Part shown: positions 1 to 7,664 of the stretch, in pieces | How the letters are laid out: every line of letters begins with the position of its first letter | Position numbering within the stretch: position 1 is the first letter of the stretch | Origin: a virus | Length of the DNA stretch: 64,000 bases | Strand: one strand, 5' to 3' | IMG/VR virus record: IMGVR_UViG_3300045988_165705 | The notes under the pieces: generated by a model | What the model saw: only the letters and a program-made list of their open reading frames with translations | The model's database searches: none | What the model was told of the DNA's origin: nothing | Program-made: the position numbers and the translations under genes

Positions 1-25
1 GAAGTGTTCTCTTCCGTCAGATAGC

Positions 26-520
26 TTGACGAAAAAGCAGTGGAAAGAAAGGAATGGAAAAACATTGTCTATCAACTTGAACCAACCTACTTCATGGGAG
101 GTTTTTAAGGAGGTTTCCAAGCCGACGCAGGAGGAATATCTCAATCACCTGCTGGCTGTTTACGGGGCAAATGCGACCAGCTTGGCAGCTATGTTTCATG
201 TGCAGCCGCTTACCATACGCCGGTTTATTCAAGCAAATGGTCTTGCGGTTAAGTTCCCCGTTGGGCATTCCATGAATGCCGAGCAGCGAGAAGCGTGGGG
301 TGGTTTTTTGAAGGGCGAGGTAAAGCCTGCGCCAACTCCTTCTAAGCTGGTGGAACCTCACGCCTTAACGCCTGACAAGAACGAAACCATGTCCATGAAA
401 AAGGTCTCTCTTTCTTTTAGTGGAAAAATCAACGCAAACATGATTGCGAACTCTCTGCTGCAAATTCTCGGAGAGAACGCAGTTGGCGAGGTGGAAATCA
501 CCTGTCATCTCTGCAGTTGA
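26..520 (+). CDS. hypothetical early protein, possible helix-turn-helix
   Basis: 164-aa ORF with a TTG start. The segment ATSLAAMFHVQPLTIRRFIQANGL looks HTH-like. No family recognised. Confidence 0.4.
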   Translation: MTKKQWKERNGKTLSINLNQPTSWEVFKEVSKPTQEEYLNHLLAVYGANATSLAAMFHVQPLTIRRFIQANGLAVKFPVGHSMNAEQREAWGGFLKGEVKPAPTPSKLVEPHALTPDKNETMSMKKVSLSFSGKINANMIANSLLQILGENAVGEVEITCHLCS

Positions 521-541
521 CTGTGTATGGTATAATAGATA

Positions 542-949
542 TTGGAAGGAGTGGTCTTTATGGATAACAATTTGGATTTGCAGTATGCGCTTGATGCCGA
601 CATTGAAACGGCGTTCGACAGTTTCGTCGATGCCATTTATGATGAGGTGATGAATGATGAGATGAAGACAACCATCATCAATCTTCCCAAGCATCAGCAG
701 ATGAAGTTTGTATATTCGGTGCTTAAGCATTTCGCAAAAGGAACGGATGCCGTTCTTTCATATAAGTTGTGTGAGCCGTTCAAGACAATGGGCAGCGTCT
801 CTATCGAGGCAAAGAAGTTGGACTTTGATAATCCGGAATGGTTTGCCAGAGCCGCTGAGTTTGCCAGCAATACAGAGGTCTATCCTCTGACAAAAAACAG
901 GATTCGGCTGACATTTACCTTTCATGGTATCACAACACCAATCGAATAA
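542..949 (+). CDS. hypothetical early protein (acidic)
   Basis: 135-aa ORF co-oriented with and tightly packed against its neighbours. The true start may be the ATG at 560 (MDNNLDL). Confidence 0.4.
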   Translation: MEGVVFMDNNLDLQYALDADIETAFDSFVDAIYDEVMNDEMKTTIINLPKHQQMKFVYSVLKHFAKGTDAVLSYKLCEPFKTMGSVSIEAKKLDFDNPEWFARAAEFASNTEVYPLTKNRIRLTFTFHGITTPIE

Positions 950-963
950 GGGGGGCGGACAAT

Positions 964-1317
964 ATGGAATACAAAGGTTGTTTTGACACGGTGCATGGTT
1001 TGATTGAGGATGCCTCCAAAGAGTTCGGTGCGGCTTTTGTTGTCTCACCGGAAAAATCCGAGCAAGTCAGCAGAGCTTGCGAGAAAGTCGATGCGCTTTT
1101 TGAAGAGATTGATTGCTCCGTCATTGACGCAAGCGTCAATATGGATAACAAAGTGCTGACTATCAGCATCTTCTGCGACGAGGTCATTTTGGAAAACGGT
1201 AGAGAGAATCGTTTCTGTAAGCTTTTGCAGGAAGTCACTTCGTTCTCTATCTCTAAGGCGGCAGAAGATACTCTGCGGCTCGATATGAATATCGCTGGTG
1301 TGTGGCAGGCGGCCTAA
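964..1317 (+). CDS. hypothetical early protein
   Basis: 117-aa ORF with an ATG start just after a GGGGGG/GGAC purine-rich stretch, in operon context. Confidence 0.4.
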   Translation: MEYKGCFDTVHGLIEDASKEFGAAFVVSPEKSEQVSRACEKVDALFEEIDCSVIDASVNMDNKVLTISIFCDEVILENGRENRFCKLLQEVTSFSISKAAEDTLRLDMNIAGVWQAA

Positions 1318-1352
1318 TTCACTATGCAAATTGCTTTCATAGGAGGAATTGA

Positions 1353-1583
1353 GTGGATGATAGAAGACGGGGGCAGCTCAGAGACGCCCTCAATATGTTG
1401 AGCAATGCCGCTTCTGTGGTAGAAAGGGTTTGTGACAAGGAGCAGGACTGTGTTGATAACTACCCTGAAAATCTGCAAAGCACAGAACGGTTTGAAAAGA
1501 TGGAAGACGCATTGGATAGTCTGAATGATGCGCTCGAAAAAATCGACGACGCAAAAAGCCACATTCAGTCTGCTATCCAGTAA
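1353..1583 (+). CDS. hypothetical small helical acidic protein
   Basis: 76-aa ORF that ends just before the bidirectional hairpin at 1591-1612. Confidence 0.35.
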   Translation: MDDRRRGQLRDALNMLSNAASVVERVCDKEQDCVDNYPENLQSTERFEKMEDALDSLNDALEKIDDAKSHIQSAIQ

Positions 1584-1590
1584 AGAAAAA

Positions 1591-1620
1591 AGCAGGGCGT
1601 GATTGCCCTGCTCTTTTACT
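1591..1620. terminator. bidirectional rho-independent terminator
   Basis: Stem AGCAGGGC (1591-1598) pairs with GCCCTGCT (1605-1612) around a 6-nt loop. An A-run lies upstream and CTTTT downstream. It sits between convergent genes 1353-1583 (+) and 1616-2422 (-). Confidence 0.6.
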
Positions 1621-2422
1621 CCTCAAACAAATAGTCCGGCAGTTCCAGTTTGAACCCCATCAGGACTTTTCCGTAGCACTTTACGGAGCTGCCACTATCC
1701 GATGACACAAAGACATTCGTGTTACGAAGTTCTGGGTTCGCGGATACTAACTCAAGATTCCCATTTTCATCTACATAGTACTGCTTGCAGTACATTGCGC
1801 CATCCACACAGAAGATACCGACATCGCCGATAGCCATTTCCGCATCCTTTTTCACATATACCATGTCGCCATCGTGAATATATGGGAACATACTGTTTCC
1901 CTGGATGTTTACGGCGTAATCTGCTTCGTCTGGGACACTGTTGTCCACCAGAATCATCTCAAAGTCAGCGCCGTCAAGCGGGACAGATGTACCGGCTGCG
2001 GATGGTGTAGTATATCGTGGGATATACCGCTCTCTCTCGGTATTTGCAAGCTGGATAACCTTGCTGCGGTTCTTCGGTTTTGCCGCCAGGTCAATACGCT
2101 CTTTCTCCAAAGAGCATACGGTGTTCACGATTTTTTTGCCGTGGGAATCAAGTTCACGATAGTCCTGTAGGAAGCGTTTCTCTGCGGGAGAAAGTATAAA
2201 AGTGTAGTTTTGTTCGCTCCCTTTCGGCTGAATATCAAGAAGCGTATCTATCGATGTGTTCAGAAAACGCCCAAGCGCAATCAAAGCGTCCATGTTCGGC
2301 TTTTTCGTGTTGTGTTCCCACGACCTAACAGCAACGGTAGAGACTCCGACAGCAGAACTCAAATCCTGCTGTGTATATCCACGCTCCAAACGCAGATTTT
2401 TCAGGCGCTGGCCGAAGTCCAT
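1616..2422 (-). CDS. CI/LexA-like phage repressor (XRE HTH + S24 peptidase domain)
   Basis: N-terminal HTH: FGQRLKNLRLERGYTQQDLSSAVGVSTVAVRSWE. C-terminal S24 core: NIQGNSMFPYIHDGDMVYV followed by GIFCVDGAMYCKQYY. Start moved to the ATG at 2422, which lies 9 nt after GGAGG. This is the only minus-strand gene in the left arm. Confidence 0.85.
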   Translation of the reverse strand: MDFGQRLKNLRLERGYTQQDLSSAVGVSTVAVRSWEHNTKKPNMDALIALGRFLNTSIDTLLDIQPKGSEQNYTFILSPAEKRFLQDYRELDSHGKKIVNTVCSLEKERIDLAAKPKNRSKVIQLANTERERYIPRYTTPSAAGTSVPLDGADFEMILVDNSVPDEADYAVNIQGNSMFPYIHDGDMVYVKKDAEMAIGDVGIFCVDGAMYCKQYYVDENGNLELVSANPELRNTNVFVSSDSGSSVKCYGKVLMGFKLELPDYLFEE

Positions 2423-2454
2423 GATGACTATCCTCCGTAATTTGAGATTGGTTG

Positions 2455-2483
2455 TTGACACGACCCATTATTTGTGGTAGCAT
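2455..2483 (+). promoter_or_regulatory. candidate rightward early promoter
   Basis: TTGACA (2455-2460), a 17-nt spacer, then TAGCAT (2478-2483). Confidence 0.35.
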
Positions 2484-2511
2484 TAACACCGTAACTACTG
2501 TTTGCATTGAC

Positions 2512-2540
2512 AGGATAGCATAAACTTATGTTTCTGTCAA
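2512..2540 (-). promoter_or_regulatory. candidate leftward repressor promoter, with inverted TTGACAG/CTGTCAA repeat
   Basis: On the minus strand: TTGACA (2540-2535), a 17-nt spacer, then TATCCT (2517-2512). TTGACAG at 2507-2513 is the inverted repeat of CTGTCAA at 2534-2540. Confidence 0.3.
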
Positions 2541-2712
2541 TAGGAAAAAGAATAGTCCGCCTTTCGACGGACTATCCCATGTTGCATACTGCCGATGAAC
2601 ACAAACTCAAGAAAACAGTATGCGAGCAGCCCATAGATTTACAGGCTGTGGTCATAACGACACCACTCATCATGACCCACTTGTAGTATAACATGGGCTT
2701 CCTCATAAATCA

Positions 2713-3057
2713 ATGGAGGTTTCTGACTACGAGATGAAAAAAAGAGTTTCTGTGAGGGAACTGAAGGAATACTGTTCCCGAAACAAACCGCAACAGGTTC
2801 TCTTCTGCACGGAGAATCAGGAATGGTATCGTGTGGCAGACCCCTGCAAAATCAGATTGTCCTTCCCAATTATGTTGATATGCGAAAATCCCAATCTGAT
2901 TTGCCTAAAGTCCGAGACAAGTACTATGTGCATCGACCGGATAAAATTTGCCGAAATCAATAGCGATGCCAATCCTTTGGGTACTATACTCACGGTAAGC
3001 TGCGGTAACATGAAAGCTGTGGAACCCGAGAAAACCTACACCCTTATTTTCTCATAA
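2713..3057 (+). CDS. hypothetical protein (Cys-rich, no recognised family)
   Basis: 114-aa ORF, the first plus-strand gene after the immunity intergenic region. Confidence 0.35.
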   Translation: MEVSDYEMKKRVSVRELKEYCSRNKPQQVLFCTENQEWYRVADPCKIRLSFPIMLICENPNLICLKSETSTMCIDRIKFAEINSDANPLGTILTVSCGNMKAVEPEKTYTLIFS

Positions 3058-3084
3058 ACTTTTCATGTTGTCTATATAATTAAC

Positions 3085-3113
3085 TTGACTTGAAACCACC
3101 ATTATGCTATACT
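3085..3113 (+). promoter_or_regulatory. near-consensus sigma-70-type promoter with extended -10
   Basis: TTGACT (3085-3090), a 17-nt spacer ending in TGC, then TATACT (3108-3113). It lies 39 nt upstream of the MazF-like start. Confidence 0.6.
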
Positions 3114-3151
3114 CCAACTATCAACATAATTGAATTGAAGGAGTTAGTACC

Positions 3152-3589
3152 TTGGGTTTTCATCATAATGAGCAGCGAGCCCCTCAAATTGGGGAAGTAT
3201 ATCTGATGAACTTTGGAGGAAGCGGCTGCGAACAAAATGGCTGGCGCCCCGGTGTTGTTTTTCAGAACAATGTCGGCAACGCACACAGTCCCAACATCAT
3301 CGCCCTTCCCCTCACCAGTTCCATTAAGAAAGCCGGACAGCCCACCCATGTTGTTATCAAGTCGGCTGACAGTGGCCTTCGTTTGGATAGCATGGTTCTG
3401 TGCGAGAATCCCGAATGTATGTCGAAAGAACGCATCGGTCAGTATATCACCACATTGTCCAACCGCTATATGCGGCAGATAGCAGCAGCAAATCTCCTCG
3501 CTACCTCCGCTATTTCATTTCTGGATACTGAGGTGCTGCTTGCCGTTTGGCATAAGGCAATCCGCTTGAATGCTGCCGTTCCGGCATAA
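3152..3589 (+). CDS. PemK/MazF-family toxin-like endoribonuclease
   Basis: GEVYLMNFGGSGCEQNGWRPGVVFQNN followed by IIALPLTSSIKKAGQPTHVVI fits the MazF/PemK signature. TTG start lies behind GAAGGAG. Confidence 0.75.
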   Translation: MGFHHNEQRAPQIGEVYLMNFGGSGCEQNGWRPGVVFQNNVGNAHSPNIIALPLTSSIKKAGQPTHVVIKSADSGLRLDSMVLCENPECMSKERIGQYITTLSNRYMRQIAAANLLATSAISFLDTEVLLAVWHKAIRLNAAVPA

Positions 3590-3618
3590 CCCTACATACA
3601 ATTAACGGGAGGTTCGCC

Positions 3619-4569
3619 ATGTACAATGAAGGGTTAAAGATAAACTTCATCCGCAACTATACACAAAGCATCAATACCGCGAATGTGGCAACAACGGTAT
3701 TTACCGCGTTTGAGCCGCATGAAGAGGCATGGGGTGCTGATTTGTGTACGAAAAGCACCGAGGAACTACAGCCTGTGATTGATGAAATCGTAGGATTGCG
3801 CTCCAAAAGTCAATGGATGTCGCTGACGATACTGAAAGAGTATGTCAAATGGTGTATTACCATGAATGTGCCGGGTGCCTGTGATGGGATGCTTCGCATC
3901 ACAGCGGTCGGTCTTGACAAGGTCAGAAAGCAGATGGTCACAAGCCCGCTACATCTCCAGCGGTATCTCAACGAGGTCTTTGACCCAGAGGGCGACGAGA
4001 CTATCGATAATCTCTACCGCTGCTACTACTGGATGGCGTTTTCCGGTATCCGGGAAGAAGATACGCTGAGCATCACCGCTTCAGATGTAGACTTCATGGA
4101 TATGTCCATTCGGTACGGCGAGAACTGTGTTCCTCTTTACCGCGAATCCCTTCCTGCATTTCATAATGCGGTGGAGCTTCCTGGTTTTTTGTACAAACAT
4201 CCGAATTACGCAAAGGAAATTCGGCGTGACAGAGTTCCTGGCGATACCATTATGCGTGGGGTTCGGGCTACCACAAAAACCATGTCCATTCGCTCCATGC
4301 TTTCGCACCGCTCTGCCGCCGCACTTCAGGATGGCAAGACAAAGCAGCAGTTAAGCTTCTACAGAGTATGGATGTCCGGGCTTTTCTATCGGATGTACGA
4401 GAGAGAGCGGGCTGGTATTCCAGTGAACTTCTCTGACGCAGCAGTTGATTTCATGTCCGGGCGGACATATGTTGTTAAAGGCAGGGTCAAGCTGGAGCAC
4501 AAACAAAACAAAATTGAAAAAGACTATATGGAAGACTACCAGCGTTGGAAGCTGGCTTTCCTGATGTAA
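3619..4569 (+). CDS. hypothetical protein, weak tyrosine-recombinase-like features
   Basis: 316-aa ORF with an RBS (GGGAGG). YWMAFSGIREEDTLSITASDVDF resembles the recombinase Arg-I box. SHRSAAAL and LSFYRVWMSGLFY only loosely resemble the box II/Tyr region. Confidence 0.3.
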   Translation: MYNEGLKINFIRNYTQSINTANVATTVFTAFEPHEEAWGADLCTKSTEELQPVIDEIVGLRSKSQWMSLTILKEYVKWCITMNVPGACDGMLRITAVGLDKVRKQMVTSPLHLQRYLNEVFDPEGDETIDNLYRCYYWMAFSGIREEDTLSITASDVDFMDMSIRYGENCVPLYRESLPAFHNAVELPGFLYKHPNYAKEIRRDRVPGDTIMRGVRATTKTMSIRSMLSHRSAAALQDGKTKQQLSFYRVWMSGLFYRMYERERAGIPVNFSDAAVDFMSGRTYVVKGRVKLEHKQNKIEKDYMEDYQRWKLAFLM

Positions 4570-4581
4570 GGCGGTGAAAAA

Positions 4582-5103
4582 ATGGGTATCGGAGATTTGT
4601 TTTCAATCTTTGCAGGCGGTGCTTGGCTTGCCACAGAAACAGCCAAAGAGATTGGTGAACGAGCTGTCGGCGAAGAGCGCAGCCGTTTAATCAAGGCATA
4701 TATCGCAGAACATACCGACCCCGAGCTGGAGCAGCGTATGATGGAGGATGTAAAGAATCCCGATATGTACGATGCGGTTTGGGAGCGTATCGAGTCTTTT
4801 AAGCGAGACAATCCTGTTTTCTGCGATGAGGAAGCTAAGAAGTCTCTCATCAAGAAGTACGATGGTACTTATGGTTATACCAGCCGTTTTGGCTGGCAGA
4901 ATGTCGGTGAAGAGAGACTCCCATTCCGCACCGCAAACGGAAGCCTGTATGGGAAAAGCCAGTATCAGGATTTGGAATTGGACGGAAACCGTAATATCGC
5001 AGTCATGCTTTTGATGCAGACATACGGTAAAATGAAGTTGTCCCATGCAAAGGCAACGGCTGAAAAGCTTTATCCCATTCCCAAATCCAATCGAAATTGG
5101 TAA
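4582..5103 (+). CDS. hypothetical protein
   Basis: 173-aa ORF with an ATG start, in operon context. Confidence 0.4.
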   Translation: MGIGDLFSIFAGGAWLATETAKEIGERAVGEERSRLIKAYIAEHTDPELEQRMMEDVKNPDMYDAVWERIESFKRDNPVFCDEEAKKSLIKKYDGTYGYTSRFGWQNVGEERLPFRTANGSLYGKSQYQDLELDGNRNIAVMLLMQTYGKMKLSHAKATAEKLYPIPKSNRNW

Positions 5104-5106
5104 TTA

Positions 5107-5135
5107 GAGAGCCTGCACCAAGCAGGCGTCTCTTT
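5107..5135 (+). terminator. candidate terminator / stem-loop
   Basis: GAGAGCCTGC (5107-5116) pairs with GCAGGCGTCTC (5122-5132), followed by a short TTT run. Confidence 0.4.
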
Positions 5136-5146
5136 ACATATATCAA

Positions 5147-5162
5147 CACAATTAAATAAAAT
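5147..5162 (+). repeat. 16-bp intergenic motif CACAATTAAATAAAAT, copy 1
   Basis: Exact copy of 9005-9020. It ends 24 nt upstream of the HD-protein ATG and contains a TAAAAT -10-like hexamer. Confidence 0.6.
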
Positions 5163-5186
5163 ACAAGATTGAAAGGAGTGGTTCCT

Positions 5187-5765
5187 ATGGGCGAGTTAAA
5201 GGAGAGATTTCTTTCTGTGTACAACAACGCAGTACACAGAGATGGCTCCGATATGCTTCTGCGATGGTTGGAGGATTCCGACTTCTTCGTTGCACCAGCA
5301 TCCACAAAGTTCCACGGCTGCCATGAAGGTGGGCTTCTTCAGCATTCCCTGAATGTGTATGACTGCTTAAAGAGAGGCTTGGTAAACGCCGGATTGCAGA
5401 ACAGCTACCCCGAAGAAACTGTCGCAGTTGTTTCGCTGCTTCACGACATTTGCAAGGTCAACTTCTACAAGAAAGGCTTTCGCAATGTCAAGGATGAGGA
5501 GACCGGCCAGTGGTACAAGAAAGAGGTCTATGAAATCGATGAGAAGTTCCCTTGCGGAGAGCACGCAGACAAGTCTGTCATCCTTATTCAGAACTTCATG
5601 CATCTTGAGCCGGAGGAAATCCTCGCTATCCGCGCTCATATGGGCGGTTGGGACACAGCAGTAAAGGGCGGGAACGCTTTTATCGGCAAAATTTTCGAGC
5701 GGAGTAAGCTTGCTGTTCTGCTGCATCTTGCCGATATGGAAGCTACTTATCTTTGCGGCGAATAA
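5187..5765 (+). CDS. HD-domain phosphohydrolase
   Basis: KFHGCHEGGLLQHSL, VSLLHDICKV, HADKSV and LLHLADMEA match HD-superfamily motifs. The ATG at 5187 lies 8 nt after AAAGGAG. Confidence 0.75.
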   Translation: MGELKERFLSVYNNAVHRDGSDMLLRWLEDSDFFVAPASTKFHGCHEGGLLQHSLNVYDCLKRGLVNAGLQNSYPEETVAVVSLLHDICKVNFYKKGFRNVKDEETGQWYKKEVYEIDEKFPCGEHADKSVILIQNFMHLEPEEILAIRAHMGGWDTAVKGGNAFIGKIFERSKLAVLLHLADMEATYLCGE

Positions 5766-5783
5766 AAGGAAAGAAGGTTATTT

Positions 5784-6485
5784 ATGTCAGAGCAGACAGG
5801 CAACATTTATCAAAAGCTTGCTAAGGTCAGAAAACAAGTCGAGGTCATCCGGAAAAACAAAAGCGGCTACGGCTACAAGTATGTCACCGAAGATGAAATT
5901 CTCGCAAAAATCTCGGTTTTTATGGACAAGTATCACCTGTCACTGGTTCCCAGTATTCAGTCTGGAACTACAAGGGTAGAACCCTATACATATAAGAAAA
6001 CCAAGACGACCGGAAAGGGCGAGTTTTACGAAGAAAATAGCAACGAGATTTTGGTAAGCGCCGATATGACATGGTCTTGGGTCAACAACGACAATCCCGA
6101 AGAGCGCATCGATGTCAGTTGGGCTCTTGTTGGACAGCAGAGCGATGCCTCACAGGCATTTGGTTCCGGATTGACTTACTCAAGTCGGTACTTTCTTCTC
6201 AAGTATTTCAACATCGCAACGCCGGATGACGACCCCGATAATTTCCGCAGCAAGCAGCGTGCTGCTGAGGCGGCTGAGGATAAGATGATTGCGGAAGGTA
6301 TCATCCAGAGTTTTGACGAGACAGTCAAGCACTTCCTTGAGTCCAATAAAGATAAGGCGGAGGATGTGAAAAAGTTTGTGTCCAAGTACGCAAAGGGCGG
6401 CAACTATTTTGCCATCACCGAGTCAGCTCTTGCCGGTAAATTGCTGGCAGATTTCAAAGAGACATTCAGTATTAAGGAGGAGTAA
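5784..6485 (+). CDS. ERF-family single-strand annealing protein (recombinase)
   Basis: The N-terminus (NIYQKLAKVRKQVEVIRKNKSGYGYKYVTEDEILAKI) fits the ERF pattern. It lies immediately upstream of an SSB and a nuclease. Confidence 0.55.
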   Translation: MSEQTGNIYQKLAKVRKQVEVIRKNKSGYGYKYVTEDEILAKISVFMDKYHLSLVPSIQSGTTRVEPYTYKKTKTTGKGEFYEENSNEILVSADMTWSWVNNDNPEERIDVSWALVGQQSDASQAFGSGLTYSSRYFLLKYFNIATPDDDPDNFRSKQRAAEAAEDKMIAEGIIQSFDETVKHFLESNKDKAEDVKKFVSKYAKGGNYFAITESALAGKLLADFKETFSIKEE

Positions 6486-6488
6486 CAC

Positions 6489-6860
6489 ATGGGTTTTCGC
6501 ACAGGTGCTTATGCAAAAGTCTGGGAAGTAACGCCGATGAGCGACACCAGCACGAAGGTTCGTATGTCCATCAGTCGAAAGAACAAACAGTCCGGCGAGT
6601 ATGAACAGGATTTTTCCGGTTTCGTCCTTGCCATCGGAACGGCGGCAGCAAAGAAAGCTGCCGGTTTGAAAGAGGGCAACCGCATCAAACTCGGCGATGT
6701 AGATGTGACGACCAAGTACGACAAAGAGAAAAAGGTTACATATACCAACTTCAAAATGTTCTCCTTCGAGCTTGACGGAGAGGAACCTTGTGACAGCAGT
6801 ACAGAGCCGCAGCCCACAGTTGATGAGGGTGAAATCGACGACAACCGCCTGCCTTTCTAA
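6489..6860 (+). CDS. ssb: single-stranded DNA-binding protein
   Basis: OB-fold-sized 123-aa protein ending in an acidic tail with the SSB-type tip DDNRLPF. Confidence 0.65.
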   Translation: MGFRTGAYAKVWEVTPMSDTSTKVRMSISRKNKQSGEYEQDFSGFVLAIGTAAAKKAAGLKEGNRIKLGDVDVTTKYDKEKKVTYTNFKMFSFELDGEEPCDSSTEPQPTVDEGEIDDNRLPF

Positions 6861-6872
6861 AGGTGGCGGCCT

Positions 6873-7658
6873 ATGGGAGAAATCAATTACGCACCGCTCA
6901 TTGACGATATGGTCTGGAGCTACTCCCGTATCAAAGCTTTCGTAGATTGTCCGTATCGATTTTATCTGAAGTACATCCGGCATATCCACGGCAAAGAAAT
7001 GTTTTTCGCAAGCTATGGCACATTCATGCACAAGCTGATTGAAACCTATTTCAAGGAAGGAAAATCTCCGCGTCAGTTGACAGACATTTACCTGCGGGAT
7101 TTCAAGAAGGAGGTTGTCGGTAGGGCGCCCAATAAGACGGTCTTCGGAAACTACTTCACTGGTGGTCTTCAATATTTGCGGAACATCCACCCGTTTCCGT
7201 ATCGACCTGTAGCCATTGAAAAGAAGGTGGATTTCAAGGTGAATGGAATCCCCTTCATTGGCTACATTGATTTTCTTGGAGAGTTGGATGGTTCCCTCTA
7301 TGTGGTGGATAACAAATCCAGAGTTTTGAATCCTCGAAGTAAGCGGGAGAAACCGACCAAAACGGACGAGGAGCTGGATGCTTACCTTAAGCAGTTATAC
7401 CTCTATTCGGCTGCGGTCGAGGAGGAATACGGCGTTCGACCCCGCAAGCTTTGCTTCAACTGTTTCCGCACCGATACCTTCATCGAAGAACCGTTCTCGG
7501 ATAAGGACTACGAAGGCGCAAAACAGTGGCTTGCAGAAATGATTTCCGAGATACGGCAAGAGTCAGATTTCAAACCGTCATGTGAGTTTTTCAAGTGTAC
7601 CCACCTCTGTGAAATGCAGAATGAGTGCGAGTACTATCAGTTGATGAAGAAGAGGTGA
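6873..7658 (+). CDS. PD-(D/E)XK exonuclease, Cas4/RecB-like with Cys cluster
   Basis: An N-terminal Cys (VDCPYRFYLKY), the GYIDFLGELDGSLYVVDNKS core, QLYLYSAAV, and a C-terminal cluster CEFFKCTHLCEMQNEC. Confidence 0.75.
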   Translation: MGEINYAPLIDDMVWSYSRIKAFVDCPYRFYLKYIRHIHGKEMFFASYGTFMHKLIETYFKEGKSPRQLTDIYLRDFKKEVVGRAPNKTVFGNYFTGGLQYLRNIHPFPYRPVAIEKKVDFKVNGIPFIGYIDFLGELDGSLYVVDNKSRVLNPRSKREKPTKTDEELDAYLKQLYLYSAAVEEEYGVRPRKLCFNCFRTDTFIEEPFSDKDYEGAKQWLAEMISEIRQESDFKPSCEFFKCTHLCEMQNECEYYQLMKKR

Positions 7659-7664
7659 TGAGAA

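Noticed and set aside
2552-2575. 8-bp hairpin ATAGTCCG / CGGACTAT in the immunity intergenic region
   Set aside because: It has no U-tract on either side and no gene end nearby, so it is not called as a terminator. It may be incidental.
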